41,351 nt of DNA from Octopus sinensis. Taxonomy: Eukaryota. Shown here in pieces: positions 1 to 11,557 of the stretch (position 1 is the first letter of the stretch; every line of letters begins with the position of its first letter). A model generated the notes under the pieces. That model was given only the letters and a program-made list of their open reading frames with translations. It was not told the origin of the DNA and did not search any database. Position numbers and translations under genes: made by a program. The stretch lies in contig NW_021835555.1 of NCBI RefSeq assembly GCF_006345805.1, positions 1 through 41,351 of the forward strand, read 5' to 3'.

Positions 1-15
1 TATATATATATATAT

Positions 16-86
<71 letters not shown>
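1..86. repeat. (TA)n/(TG)n compound microsatellite
   Basis: Direct inspection. Confidence 0.95.
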
Positions 87-89
<3 letters not shown>

Positions 90-669
90 GGGACTGGTTG
101 TGTGGATTTATATATATATAACAATCAAAGGAAAATTAAAGCTGTATCACATTTATGAATGAGTTACGACCGTTTCGATAACTGGTAGAGTTATTACATC
201 TATCAAAATGCTGGATCATGCATACAAAAATTATAGACGTTATATCGATATTATATAAGTTCATGCAATATTAAATGAAAATACCACCAACCACTTCATG
301 ACAACTATCAATAAAATAATACAGTTTACATAGGCAGATACGGTTTTATGAATACAATAAGTGGGGGGGTTGGCTCAGAAAGATATAGTAATAAATAATA
401 TTAATTTGGAAACGGTCGGAGAAGCATAGAAAGGAACCGTGGAGATAAAGTGTCTCGTTAATTCTTCTAGATATGATTTATTGTAAGATCTGGGTCACTA
501 ACGCTGACAGGTCAAAGAAGTCAGAATTTACGATGTACATATATATATGAGAAGACAGATAAAAGTCAGCAGCTGCTGTTACCACGATGTTCTCAGAAAT
601 GATCTCGTCTTTTATTATGCAAATATACATCCATCTGTCCATCCAGCTATACGTGCATAAAATACATTC

Positions 670-681
670 GTACATACATAA

Positions 682-718
<37 letters not shown>

Positions 719-860
719 AAGACACACACACACGCACATACATAAAGACACACACAAGCACATAAACACACACACACACACACAACACACACACATAAAG
801 ACACACCCGCACACATACACACGCACATAAACACAAACACACAAATACTTATATACACAT
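670..860. repeat. Interrupted (CA)n microsatellite
   Basis: Direct inspection; source of the Cys/Val-rich ORFs 478-970. Confidence 0.9.
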
Positions 861-949
861 AGAGAAATGTTGGCTGTCCACTCGTGACCGAGGAAGACCA
901 TCACTGACCATTGCCCGTGCATAATGCTAGCAATGCCCGCGCATGACGT

Positions 950-1640
950 TATTGCACCCGCTGCTTCCATGCTTGCCGCGGTGCCCTCCTTCTCGACCGG
1001 CGATTGCGCAACCTAAGGTTTAAGGTCCAATAGGTTTTGCACAATGCCTCACAGACCCTCCCTACACTACCATCATGAACCAGATACAAGCCAGGGAAGG
1101 ATATCTAGTGCCAATATGGCTTAGGAATGTGGGAACCCATGGCAAACGAACTTCCACCAACTATGTTGCGCACCTTTCAAAGCAATGTATGCTAGAAGGC
1201 GGCGAGCTGGCAGAAACGTTAGCACGCCGGGCGAAATGCGTAGCCGTATTTCTTCTGCCGCTACGTTCTGAGTTCAAATTCCGCTGAGGTCGACTTTGCC
1301 TTTCATCATTTCGGTGTCGATTAAATAAGTACCAGTTGCGCACTGGGGTCGATATAATTGACTTAATCTGTTTGTCTGTCCTTGTTTGTCCTCTCTGTGT
1401 TTAGCCCCTTGTGTGTAGTAAAGAAATAGGTTTGCGAATCCAACGGAGGCCTCAAAAGACATTTTAAGATCCACAAAGATCAGAACTTACCTGCAGCTCT
1501 TGGGCTGCAGAATGAGTAATCTATGTGGGTGACTTTATAGAATATTGTCTGGTTTAAAAAGCCACTTCAGGTGCCATGATGATTCCAAGGTGTAGGTACA
1601 GAAGGTGGTCAACCTCTGCATAAGAAGTAGACAACCACCA
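950..1640 (-). pseudogene. Possible very decayed RTE-like reverse-transcriptase remnant, interrupted by the SINE at about 1197-1420
   Basis: Minus-strand translation across stops and frameshifts gives VLIFVDLKMSFEASV (cf. RT motif FVDLxKAFDSV), then beyond the SINE WKFVCHGFP and LVHDGSVGRV (cf. LHDGMxARV). Similarity is weak. Confidence 0.25.
1197..1420 (+). mobile_element. tRNA-derived SINE, family A (full length)
   Basis: Head GGCGAGCTGGCAGAAACGTTAG, B-box-like GAGTTCAAATTCC, central GTCGACTTTGCCTTTCATC...GTCGA...AAGTACCAG, tail AAAGAAATA. Near-identical copies at 3467-3683 and 6131-6360. The central domain resembles Meta-type SINE cores as recalled; needs a Dfam/Repbase check. Confidence 0.85.
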
Positions 1641-1647
1641 TGTGTGC

Positions 1648-1649
<2 letters not shown>

Positions 1650-1716
<67 letters not shown>
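1650..1716. repeat. (TA)n microsatellite
   Basis: Direct inspection. Confidence 0.95.
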
Positions 1717-1722
<6 letters not shown>

Positions 1723-1959
1723 TATTGGATTGTTGTTTTTATAAATAGAATGCCTTTGGAATTAGTCATGTGTTGTGGACACCTCTGCCAAAACTCCCGC
1801 TACGGGTTGGAAATCAATTAACAGATGTTCATCATTTATTCAGTCTGTGCAGAAATAGTTAAATTTTATGTGTCTACGACATAGCTTTACATGCGCTCGT
1901 GCGCTCACACACACATATATACCACCACAAGTACACATTTATGTTTACATATACTCATG

Positions 1960-2074
1960 ATATGTATATATATATATATATATAGATATATATGTATAAT
2001 ATATATATAATATATAATGTATATATGATACATATATATTATATATGTTTGATTTATATATGTGTATATATATA

Positions 2075-2121
<47 letters not shown>

Positions 2122-2448
2122 TTATTTATATATCAACATTTGTATGATTGTATATATACAGATGCAAGCACACACACATACACATAAATGTATGTTTGTA
2201 TGTATATATGTATGTATGTTGTATGAATGTATGTATATATGTATGTATGTATGTATGCATGTACGTATGTGTGTATCTATGTATGTATGTATGTATGTAT
2301 GTTTGTTTGTATGTATGTATGTATGTATGTATGTATGTACGTATGTGTGTATGTATGTATGTATGTATGTATGTATGTATGTATGTGTGTATGTATGTAT
2401 GTACAATAGGTTTATTCACAAGAATAGACGATGGAACAAAGTAAGGAG

Positions 2449-2509
<61 letters not shown>

Positions 2510-2545
2510 AGGAGAGAGAGAGAGAGAGAGAGAAGGAGAGAGAAA
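1960..2545. repeat. Compound (TA)n, (TATG)n, (TAGA)n, (GA)n microsatellite block
   Basis: Direct inspection. Confidence 0.9.
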
Positions 2546-2949
2546 CAAGTCAAGACAGAAATTTCAAGCGAAATTCCGAAAACGAAGCTTGCATTTAGGT
2601 CATGGCAGTGGTGTATAAAAAGCTATATTTGAAGAACCGTCGTTATGGTAGCTTGCATTAAAGATGGAAAATTATCGATCGGGAAAAATTGCAAATAGTG
2701 AAAGACAAATCTATCACCATTGAAATTAATCTTATTCTAAGTGATTTGACTGCACAGAATCTCTGTTAAACCGCCGCGCACACCCGCTTCTTCTTTTGAT
2801 GATGTTCTTGATGATGTTGTTGTTGTCACAGTTGTCTTTCTATTGCTTCCTCCACCTCTTCCTCCTCATTCTTTATCCTACTGACCTGACCTCACTCTTA
2901 AGTGGAAGAGCATAAGGCAGTAGAATTGTCAGCACATTTTGACATGTAT

Positions 2950-2967
2950 CATCTCTCTTTCTCTCTG

Positions 2968-3028
<61 letters not shown>

Positions 3029-3057
3029 ATCTCTCGTCTCTCTCTCTCTCTATATAT

Positions 3058-3096
<39 letters not shown>

Positions 3097-3109
3097 CATA
3101 CCTACCTAC

Positions 3110-3153
<44 letters not shown>

Positions 3154-3154
3154 A

Positions 3155-3207
<53 letters not shown>
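2950..3207. repeat. (TCTA)n/(TA)n microsatellite
   Basis: Direct inspection. Confidence 0.9.
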
Positions 3208-3408
3208 CAGTGCTTTTCAAACTTTTTGCTGGAGTGGAACCCCAAGGAAACATTCCGCCGGCTCGGGGAACCCCTGTGCAATAATTTAATAGTCTTATGC
3301 ACACATATCTGCACAGGAGAATTAAAAATTACTGCCGATTTTAGCAGTTTTGTAACTTCTTGCGGAACCCCTGGACTGTACTTGCGGAACCCTGGTTGAA
3401 AACCACTG
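3208..3408 (+). mobile_element. hAT-type MITE, copy 1 (about 200 bp)
   Basis: Imperfect TIRs CAGTGCTTTTCAAAC / GTTGAAAACCACTG. Inserted in (ATCT)n; flanks ATCTATCT / ATCGATCG (6/8 match). Reverse-complement homologue at 4105-4304. Confidence 0.85.
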
Positions 3409-3424
3409 ATCGATCGATCGATCG

Positions 3425-3465
<41 letters not shown>

Positions 3466-3466
3466 A

Positions 3467-3683
3467 CCTGTTTCTTTACTACCCACAAGGGGCTAAACAC
3501 AGAGAGGACAGACAAACAGATTAAGTCGATTATATCGACCCCAGTGCGTAACTGGTACTTACTTAATCGACCCCGAAAGGATGAAAGGCAAAGTCGACCT
3601 CGGCGGAATTTGAACTCAGAACGTAGCGACAGACGAAATACCGCTAAGCATTTCGTTCGGCGCGCTAACGTTTCTGCCGGCTC
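3467..3683 (-). mobile_element. tRNA-derived SINE, family A
   Basis: Reverse complement of the 1197-1420 element; its 3' end abuts (TAGA)n. Confidence 0.85.
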
Positions 3684-3814
3684 TATATCCATCGGGCTGT
3701 CTGTCTCTTGTTTTATCCAATCATGTACCACACATGCGTATATGCGTGGGTATATATGCAAGTATATTGTCCTGCAAAAGCTCCCTGCAAAAGCCCCCTG
3801 CAACAGTCAAAACC

Positions 3815-4930
3815 TGCCACTACGCTAGTCTCCATATTTCTACACAATGCACAAGGTGTCAGTCCCTCCATCAATGCACAACATTGGAAGATCCACTTCA
3901 TTGAGAATTGGGTTGGTAACCAGCCACACTTATTTTTCTTCATAGGTCTTGGTGGGGTGGAGTGAAAACCATCATCAATAACCAAAGAACAGCTGAGAAG
4001 AAATGGGTCTTTGAGATCAAACTCAGCCCCAAAGTGCGAAAAAACACAAGGTCACTGTCTCCACTGCTGTCCCTCTAATTGATGAAAATGGCAATCTCCT
4101 AGATCAGTGGTTTTCAACCAGGGTTCCGCCAGTACAGTCCAGGGGATCCGCAAGAAGTTACAAAAATGCTAAAATCGACAGTAATTTTTAATTCTCCTGT
4201 AAGATATGTGTGCATAGGACAATTAAATTATTGCACAGGGGTTCCTCGAGCCAGTGAAATGTTTTCTTGGGGTTCCGCTCCAGCAAAAAGTTTGAAAAGC
4301 ACTGTCCTAGATAATGCTAAAACCATGAGTGAGATACTGGATTCCCAGAACTTTCCAGTCGAGAGATATCCACACCATTATCTTTCTCTTCTCTACCTTT
4401 GCCCGCTCCCACCTTGAATATTGTTATCCACTGTGGCCTCCCCATACGAAACAAAGTATCATGAAAATTGAAGCACCTCAAAGGTCAATTACATAAAAGA
4501 TAGATGACATGACAGGAGGCCTTGATTATTGGGGTCCACTAGAAAAGCTCAAGGTTTATTCTCTCCAACGCTGCTATGAGCGCTACATCATCTGCCTGAT
4601 GTGGAAAATATTCCATCAGCATTGCCCAAATGATGTTGACATCGCCTTTAAAGTCCACCCAAGACTAGGACCCCGTGCTATCCGCCCACAACATAAATCA
4701 TAGTCGTATCACGTAACAACAATACGGCACAATTATTTCACCTCAATTGGCCCCGCTCTCTTTAACATCACACCAAAACACAATAAAGTTCAAGGAGTCT
4801 TTGGACAAATTCCTTCAAAAAATCCCGGATAAACCTCCTACACCCGGATATGTCTTTGTAAACAATAACTCTCTCCTCGAGTGGACCATGTTGTCCGATT
4901 CCTGATTTGAATGGCCGAAACATATCGACG
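3815..4930 (+). pseudogene. Internally deleted CR1-clade LINE ORF2 remnant, split by a hAT MITE
   Basis: LVSIFLHNAQG...FIENW (APE N-terminus-like). PLIDENGNLLD|NAKTMSEILDSQ matches PLLEKDGTLTGKPMRVSEILNEQ of the LINE at 23-25 kb. The C-terminal part reads HLEYCYPLWPP...IEAPQR...LDYWGPLEKLKVYSLQRCYERY...GPALFN...KFKESLDKFLQKIPDKP. Confidence 0.8.
4105..4304 (-). mobile_element. hAT-type MITE, copy 2, with perfect 8-bp TSD
   Basis: TIRs CAGTGGTTTTCAAC / TTTGAAAAGCACTG. TSD TCCTAGAT at 4097-4104 and 4305-4312; 8-bp TSDs are the hAT hallmark. Confidence 0.92.
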
Positions 4931-5245
4931 TATCGAAGTAATTATGTGTTATTATACAGATAAATAGGTGCAAATGTATACACAAATATATATGTGTATA
5001 TATAAAGTAGATACATGCATACTTATATACATACATATACATATACATAATATGTGTGTGTATATATATATATATGTGTGTGTGTGTATGTACATACATA
5101 CACATATGTGTGTGTGTCTAAAGGCGTGAATATATGCTTGTGTGTGTGTGTGTGTGTGTTGTGTCACACATCGTCTTTCTTTTAGTTTGTTGGTTTCAAA
5201 CATTCACACTTTAGGAATTTAGGAGAAAGTAGTGACCGTGCTGAG

Positions 5246-5276
<31 letters not shown>

Positions 5277-5364
5277 ATTTTCTCCTTTTCCATCTTCGAA
5301 AATAAAAGCTCTACATTTGTAACTGTCGCCTCTGTGTCCAGCCCTGTGTGGCCAATAAAGAAAG

Positions 5365-5810
<446 letters not shown>

Positions 5811-6074
5811 TCATAGTCGTTTTGATTCGCATCAAAACTATTTATTTAACGCCTTCGTTCCTTTCAGCCATTCATCATGAATAATATTTTAATAAAAATT
5901 TCATATCTTTTATATAAATGTGATTCAACTGGAAAAAATTTGGAGCTGAATTTATTTACTTGAGTTGATGAATCCCTCAAAGGGGTGAAAGCGATAAATA
6001 AGTTGTTTCTATCCAAATCCTGACTACCTCCTTTTTCTTAATATACAGACATACATACATAAATACATGCACGC

Positions 6075-6115
<41 letters not shown>

Positions 6116-6130
6116 CACATATATATATGG

Positions 6131-6360
6131 AGACGGCGTTGGCAGACTCGTTAGCGCGCCGGGCGAAATGCTTAGCGGTATTTCGTCTGTCGTTACGTTC
6201 TCAGTTCAAATTCCGCCGAGGTCGACTTTACCTTTCATCCTTTCGGGGTCGATAAATAAAGTACCAGTTTCGCACTAGGGTCGATGTAATCGACTTAATC
6301 CCTTTGTCTGTCCTTGTTTGTCACCTCTATGTTTAGCCCCTCGTGGGCAATAAAGAAATA
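6131..6360 (+). mobile_element. tRNA-derived SINE, family A
   Basis: Homologous end to end with 1197-1420. Confidence 0.85.
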
Positions 6361-6371
6361 CATATATATAT

Positions 6372-6516
6372 ATGGAGCACTCCGTCGGTTACGACGACGA
6401 GGGTCCCAGCTTTGACGATCAATGGAACAGCTTGCTCGTGAAATTAACGTGCAAGTGGCTGAGCACTCCGCAGACACATGTATACCCTTAACGCAGCTCT
6501 CAAGGAGATTCAGCGT
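6372..6516 (-). mobile_element. 3' tail fragment of the CORE-type SINE subfamily seen at 11233-11443
   Basis: Shares GCTCTCAAGGAGATTCAGC with GTTCTCAGGGAGATTCAGC at about 11238-11256. Confidence 0.6.
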
Positions 6517-6591
6517 TATAATTTGTATATATTTATTTTATTATAAATGCTAAAAGAACACCACGGAGGAATCGACGTAAGCTTAAATAAT

Positions 6592-6662
6592 AAACAGCGA
6601 TATGTGAACCGCGATAAGTAAACCGTGATAAGTGAACAGCGATATGGCGGGGGATTACAGTA
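6592..6662 (+). mobile_element. Right-end fragment of a Tigger/pogo-like MITE
   Basis: GAACCGCGATAAGT subterminal repeats and terminal GCGATATGGCGGGGGATTACAGTA, similar to 38705-38734. Confidence 0.55.
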
Positions 6663-7254
6663 TAGAGTGAGAGAGTGAAAGTGAAAGTGATAGTGAGAAA
6701 GAGAGAGAGAGAGATTGAGATAGATAGATAGATAGAAACACGTATACACTTTCACTCACGTGCATGTGTGTTCATCAATTCCTTCACAGTGGCGTACACC
6801 ATCCATTTTCTTTCTCGTCCCCTCTCCCCCTCTTTCTTACTCTCTCTCTCTCTCCTTCTCTCCCCCCTCTCTCTCTCTCTCTGTCTTTGTGTTACACTTT
6901 TTCTCTCCCCCTCACACTCCCTCTGTTCGCCGTCAAGTCCCATCACTCCTGATTAGTCTCTTCGAACAGCGCACCTTTCAGACTGCAATCATAACCCCGC
7001 CCCCCTATCCCCACCTTAAACCCCCCAACCCTCATCCCCCATATACACCGTTGTCAAGGTAACGGCCCTTGCCAACCTAGTTATAACCCAAATTATATTT
7101 TACACAGCAGCAGTTCAATCGATTTATTACCACTATGGCTGCATATTGCTTCCTTCGCATTGCTTCACTCGTTATACATCACTCCACTCACTCCATCCTT
7201 CCACTCAACATTTCACTCTCCCGCGTACTCATTCGATTCAGTAATTTACATTTT

Positions 7255-8805
7255 TCATTCACCTCAACACTTCTCTCACTCAAATCAACAATTCTCTCAC
7301 TCAGCTCAACACTTCTCTCACTCAGCTCAACACTTCTCTCACTCAGCTCAATACTTCTCTCACTCAGCTCAACACTTCTTTCACTCAAATCAACACTTCT
7401 CTCACTCAGCTCAACACTTCTCTCACTCAGCTCAACACTTCTCTCACTCAAATCAACACTTCTCTCACTCAGCTCAACACTTCTTTCACTCAGCTCAACA
7501 CTTCTCTCACTCAGCTCAACACTTCTCTCACTCAGCTCAACACTTCTCTCACTCAGCTCAACATTTCTCTCACTCAGCTCAACACTTCTCTCACTCAACT
7601 CAACACTTCTCTCACTCAGCTCAACACTTCTCTCACTCAGCTCAACACTTCTTTCACTCAACTCAACACTTCTCTCACTCAGCTCAACACTTTTCTCACT
7701 CAACTCAACACTTCTCTCACTCAACTCAACACTTCTTTCACTCAACTCAACACTTCTTTCACTCAACTCAACACTTCTTCACTCAACTCAACACTTCTTC
7801 ACTCAACTCAACACTTCTCTCACTCAACTCAACACTTCTTTCACTCAACTCAACACTTCTCTCACTCAGCTCAACACTTCTCTCACTCAGCTCAACACTT
7901 CACTCACTCAACACTTCTCTCACTCAACTCAGCACTTCTCTCACTCAACTTAACGCTTCTCTTACTCAACTCAGCACTTCTCTCACTCAACTCAACGCTT
8001 CTCTCAGTCAACTCAACTTTTCTCTCAACTCAACACTTCTTTCACTCAACTCAACACTTCTCTCACTCAGCTCAACACTTCTCTCACTCAACTCAACACT
8101 TCTCTCACTCAATGCAACACTTCTCTCACTCAACACTTCTCTCACTCAGCTCAACACTTCTCTCACTCAGCTCAACACTTCTCTCACTCAACTCAGCACT
8201 TCTCTCACTCAACTCAACGCTTCTCTCAGTCAACTCAACTTTTCTCTCAACTCAACACTTCTTTCACTCAACTCAACACTTCTCTCACTCAGCTCAACAC
8301 TTCTCTCACTCAACTCAACACTTCACTCACTCAATGCAACACTTCTCTCACTCAATTCAACACTTCTCGCACTCAACTCAACACTTCTCTCACTCAACTT
8401 AACGCTTCTCTCACTCAACTCAACATTTCTCTCAACTCAACACTTCTTTCACTCAACTCAACACTTCTCTCACTCAACTCAACACTTCTCTCACTCAACT
8501 CAACACTTCTCTCACTCAACTCAACGCTTCTCTCACTCAACTCAACATTTCTCTCAACTCAACACTTCTTTCACTCAACTCAACACTTCTCTCACTCAAC
8601 TAACAATTCTCTCCCTCGATTCAACACTTCTCTCACTCGACTCAACACTTCTCTCACTCGACTCAACACTTCTCTCACTCGACTCAACACTTCTCTCACT
8701 CGACTCAACACTTCTCTCACTCGACTCAACACTTCTCTCACTCAACTCAACACTTCTCTCACTCAGCTCAACACTTCTCTCACTCAACTCAACGCTTCAC
8801 TCACT
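7255..8805. repeat. 21-bp minisatellite (CTCACTCAGCTCAACACTTCT)n, roughly 70 units
   Basis: Direct inspection; the unit length of 21 explains the long LSLSSTL / HFSHSAQ / SERSVEL ORFs. Confidence 0.95.
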
Positions 8806-8825
8806 TTTATATCATATTCTTCATC

Positions 8826-8893
8826 TTTTACTTGTTTCAGTCATTGAACTACGACCATGCTGCAGCACTGCATTGAAAGGTTTTAGTCGAACA
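8826..8893 (-). mobile_element. SINE family C 3' tail fragment
   Basis: TTTACTTGTTTCAGTCATTGAACTACGACCATGCTGCAGCAC matches the family C tail. Confidence 0.65.
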
Positions 8894-8999
8894 GCCATTT
8901 CTATACAGCCATTTCTGCGCCTATAACACGCACACACGCGCGCAGCAGTACGTGCACACACACACGTGCACACACACACGTGCACACACTCACATAACT

Positions 9000-9404
9000 G
9001 CAGGTGTGGTTGTGTGGTAAGAAGTTTCTTTCTTGTTCACGCCGTCCCGGGTTCAGACCCACTGTACAGCCTTTTGGCCAAGTGTCTTCTACGACCAAAA
9101 CCTTGTGAATGAATTTGGTAGACGGAAACTGATAGAAGCCTGTCGTGTATATATCTGTGTGTGTGTGATTGAGTCTGTGTGTATCTATGTATATATATAT
9201 ACGTTTATGTATCTGTGTTTGTGATTGTTTTTCACCACTGCTTGACAACCGGTACTGGTTTATTTACATCCCCGTGACTTAGTTGTCTGGCTTAAAAGAA
9301 GAAAAAAAAAACAGTACTGGGGTTGATTTCTTTGACCAAACCTTTCGAGGTGGTGCCCCAGTATGGCCCCCTTCCAAGTAACTGAAACAAGCAAAAGATG
9401 GAAG
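9000..9404 (+). mobile_element. tRNA-derived CORE-like SINE, family C (head + internal microsatellite + tail)
   Basis: A-box-like TGGTTGTGTGG, B-box-like GGTTCAGACCC, CTTTTGGCCAAGTGTCTTCTAC core, internal (TG)/(TA), tail GGTGGTGCCCCAGTATGGCC...ACTGAAACAAGCAAAAG. Confidence 0.8.
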
Positions 9405-9864
9405 ATTACCCAGTTGTAAAGTTTAACCAAATGAAACTCGGACTAGAATGGTTTTCCTCGCAAATTCGTTCTGGGTCAGGTTCAATGGAGTAAGACGTTC
9501 CACGGATGATATAGCACGCCTTTTTTTTTTTATCTTGCGCTGGTAGGGAAGGTTCACGGTCAGTTTAGTCTCTCTCTTTCTCTCCCTCCCTCCCTCCTTT
9601 CCTCTCAATGTCTTTCTATCTGTCTGTCCTTGTCCCCTCCCTCTCTCAATGAGTCAAAATACATTATCCTGGTGGTATCTGTGGTTGCGCTGGGAGTTGA
9701 CGAAATGAATAATCCAGGGTTGTTATTTCTGGCAGGTCAAGGAACAGATTAGAGTTTCTCCTCCTTCTCTCTCTCTCTCTCTTCCTCTTTCCCTTTCCTT
9801 CTCTCTCTATTTCGCTCTCCTCTTTCACATTCTCTTTCTCTTTTACCCTCTCTCCATTGCTCTC

Positions 9865-10130
<266 letters not shown>

Positions 10131-11051
10131 TAGAGAGATACAATTGACAATTCAATAATTTATTTATAATATACTATGAATATAATATAACATAAACAAT
10201 TATTAAAACATCAAACGGCCAACAATTTGTTTTGGCTTATATACATATTTTTTTATGAATATATTGGTGGTGGTGGTGGTGGTGGTGCTGGTCGTGCGAG
10301 TTGATGAAATTAATAATTCAGAGTGAGAAGAATCTGGAGAGGGGACTCAAAGCCGTTCTCATTCAATCCCCAATCACGAACGCCCGCACGCCCGCACGTC
10401 CGCACGCCCGCACGTCCGCACACACTCCGGTGCTAATCCCAAATCAATCTTTACTGTACAACACTTATGTTTACACGTAACAGATTACGCATTCCTCTCG
10501 TTCAAACTGTTATATTTGCATGTTAGCTATTCATATTTCCCATCGAACTCCGATCCCCCGCCGCCGCCACCACCACCACCACCACTACCACCAACCATCA
10601 GCATCACCATCGCCACCGATGTGTATGTCGTATTTAACCACTCTGTCAGACGAACACTTGGGAACATATTCAACGCAGTTGGTTTTTCTTTCATAACCCC
10701 ACGACACTTCTGATCAAGCTGACCTCGCGACAGCATGTTTTAATAGATGCCTGCCACAGACACACACAAACATACAAGCCACCCGTTCAGTTGCTATGGT
10801 TTTCTTATGACGAAACTTTAATCGTTCAACCGCCATTAATTAAAATTTTCTAAAATAATTTTTTTGTTTTGTTTCGTTTGTTTGTTAGTTTATTTGCTTC
10901 GTTCGTTTTTTTTTTCTAAGTCGCCTTCATTTTTCACAAACAATTCTGATTTAAGTGAATTGCAACGGGTTTATTAAGCTGTCATTTACCGCTAATTAAA
11001 AAGACATAAACCGTAAGATATCGTTCTTTTATCATTTATCTTTCTTATCTT

Positions 11052-11230
11052 TCACTTTGTTTCAGTCGTCTTTGGACTGCGGCCATGCTGGGGCATCGCA
11101 TTGAAAGGTTTTTTAGGCGAACAAAACGATCCCCAGTACTTACGTTTTATGAAGTCTTGTAACTATTCTATCGCTCCTTTTTGCCGAACCGCTAGGTTAC
11201 TGGGACGTTAAACAAACTAATACCGGTTTT
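11052..11230 (-). mobile_element. SINE family C tail
   Basis: TTTCAGTC...GACTGCGGCCATGCTGGGGCATCGC...TTTTGCCGAACCGCTAGGTTAC. Confidence 0.75.
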
Positions 11231-11232
11231 CT

Positions 11233-11443
11233 ACGTAGTTCTCAGGGAGATTCAGCATGACACAGAGTGTGACAAGGCTGACTCCTTTGAAATAGAGGTA
11301 TAACTCATTTTTGCCAGCTGAGTGGACTGGAGCAACGTGAAATAAAGTGTCTTGCTCAAGGACACAACGCGCCGCCGGGAATTGAACTCACGACCCTACG
11401 ATCAGGAGCCGAATGCCCTAACCACTAAGCCACGCGCCTTCAC
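11233..11443 (-). mobile_element. tRNA-derived CORE-type SINE, family B
   Basis: Minus strand: TGGCTTAGTGG (A box), GAGTTCAATTCC (B box), GTTGTGTCCTTGAGCAAGACACTTTATTTCACGTTGCTCCAGTCCACTCAGCTG (CORE-like). Octopus OR-type SINEs are known CORE-SINEs; exact family not verified. Confidence 0.85.
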
Positions 11444-11508
11444 ATTACAGACATATATTCTCACTTTTATTCTGTTTTTGTTTCTTTGTTTCTTTATCAC
11501 AGTTTTCC

Positions 11509-11557
<49 letters not shown>

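Noticed and set aside
1485-1640. Minus-strand MAPEV and KPDNIL kinase-like words plus a CAG|GTAAGT donor
   Set aside because: They are in different frames, in the wrong order for a kinase, and each is followed by a stop.
3208-4304. Composite transposon formed by the two inverted MITEs
   Set aside because: Copy 2 keeps its own TSD on both sides and the outer flanks do not match.
7135-8926. 272-, 588- and 192-aa ORFs with 7-residue repeats (possible coiled-coil or His-rich protein)
   Set aside because: A 21-bp unit is automatically open in several frames; the SERSVEL hydrophobic spacing is not a/d, and unit indels shift the frames.
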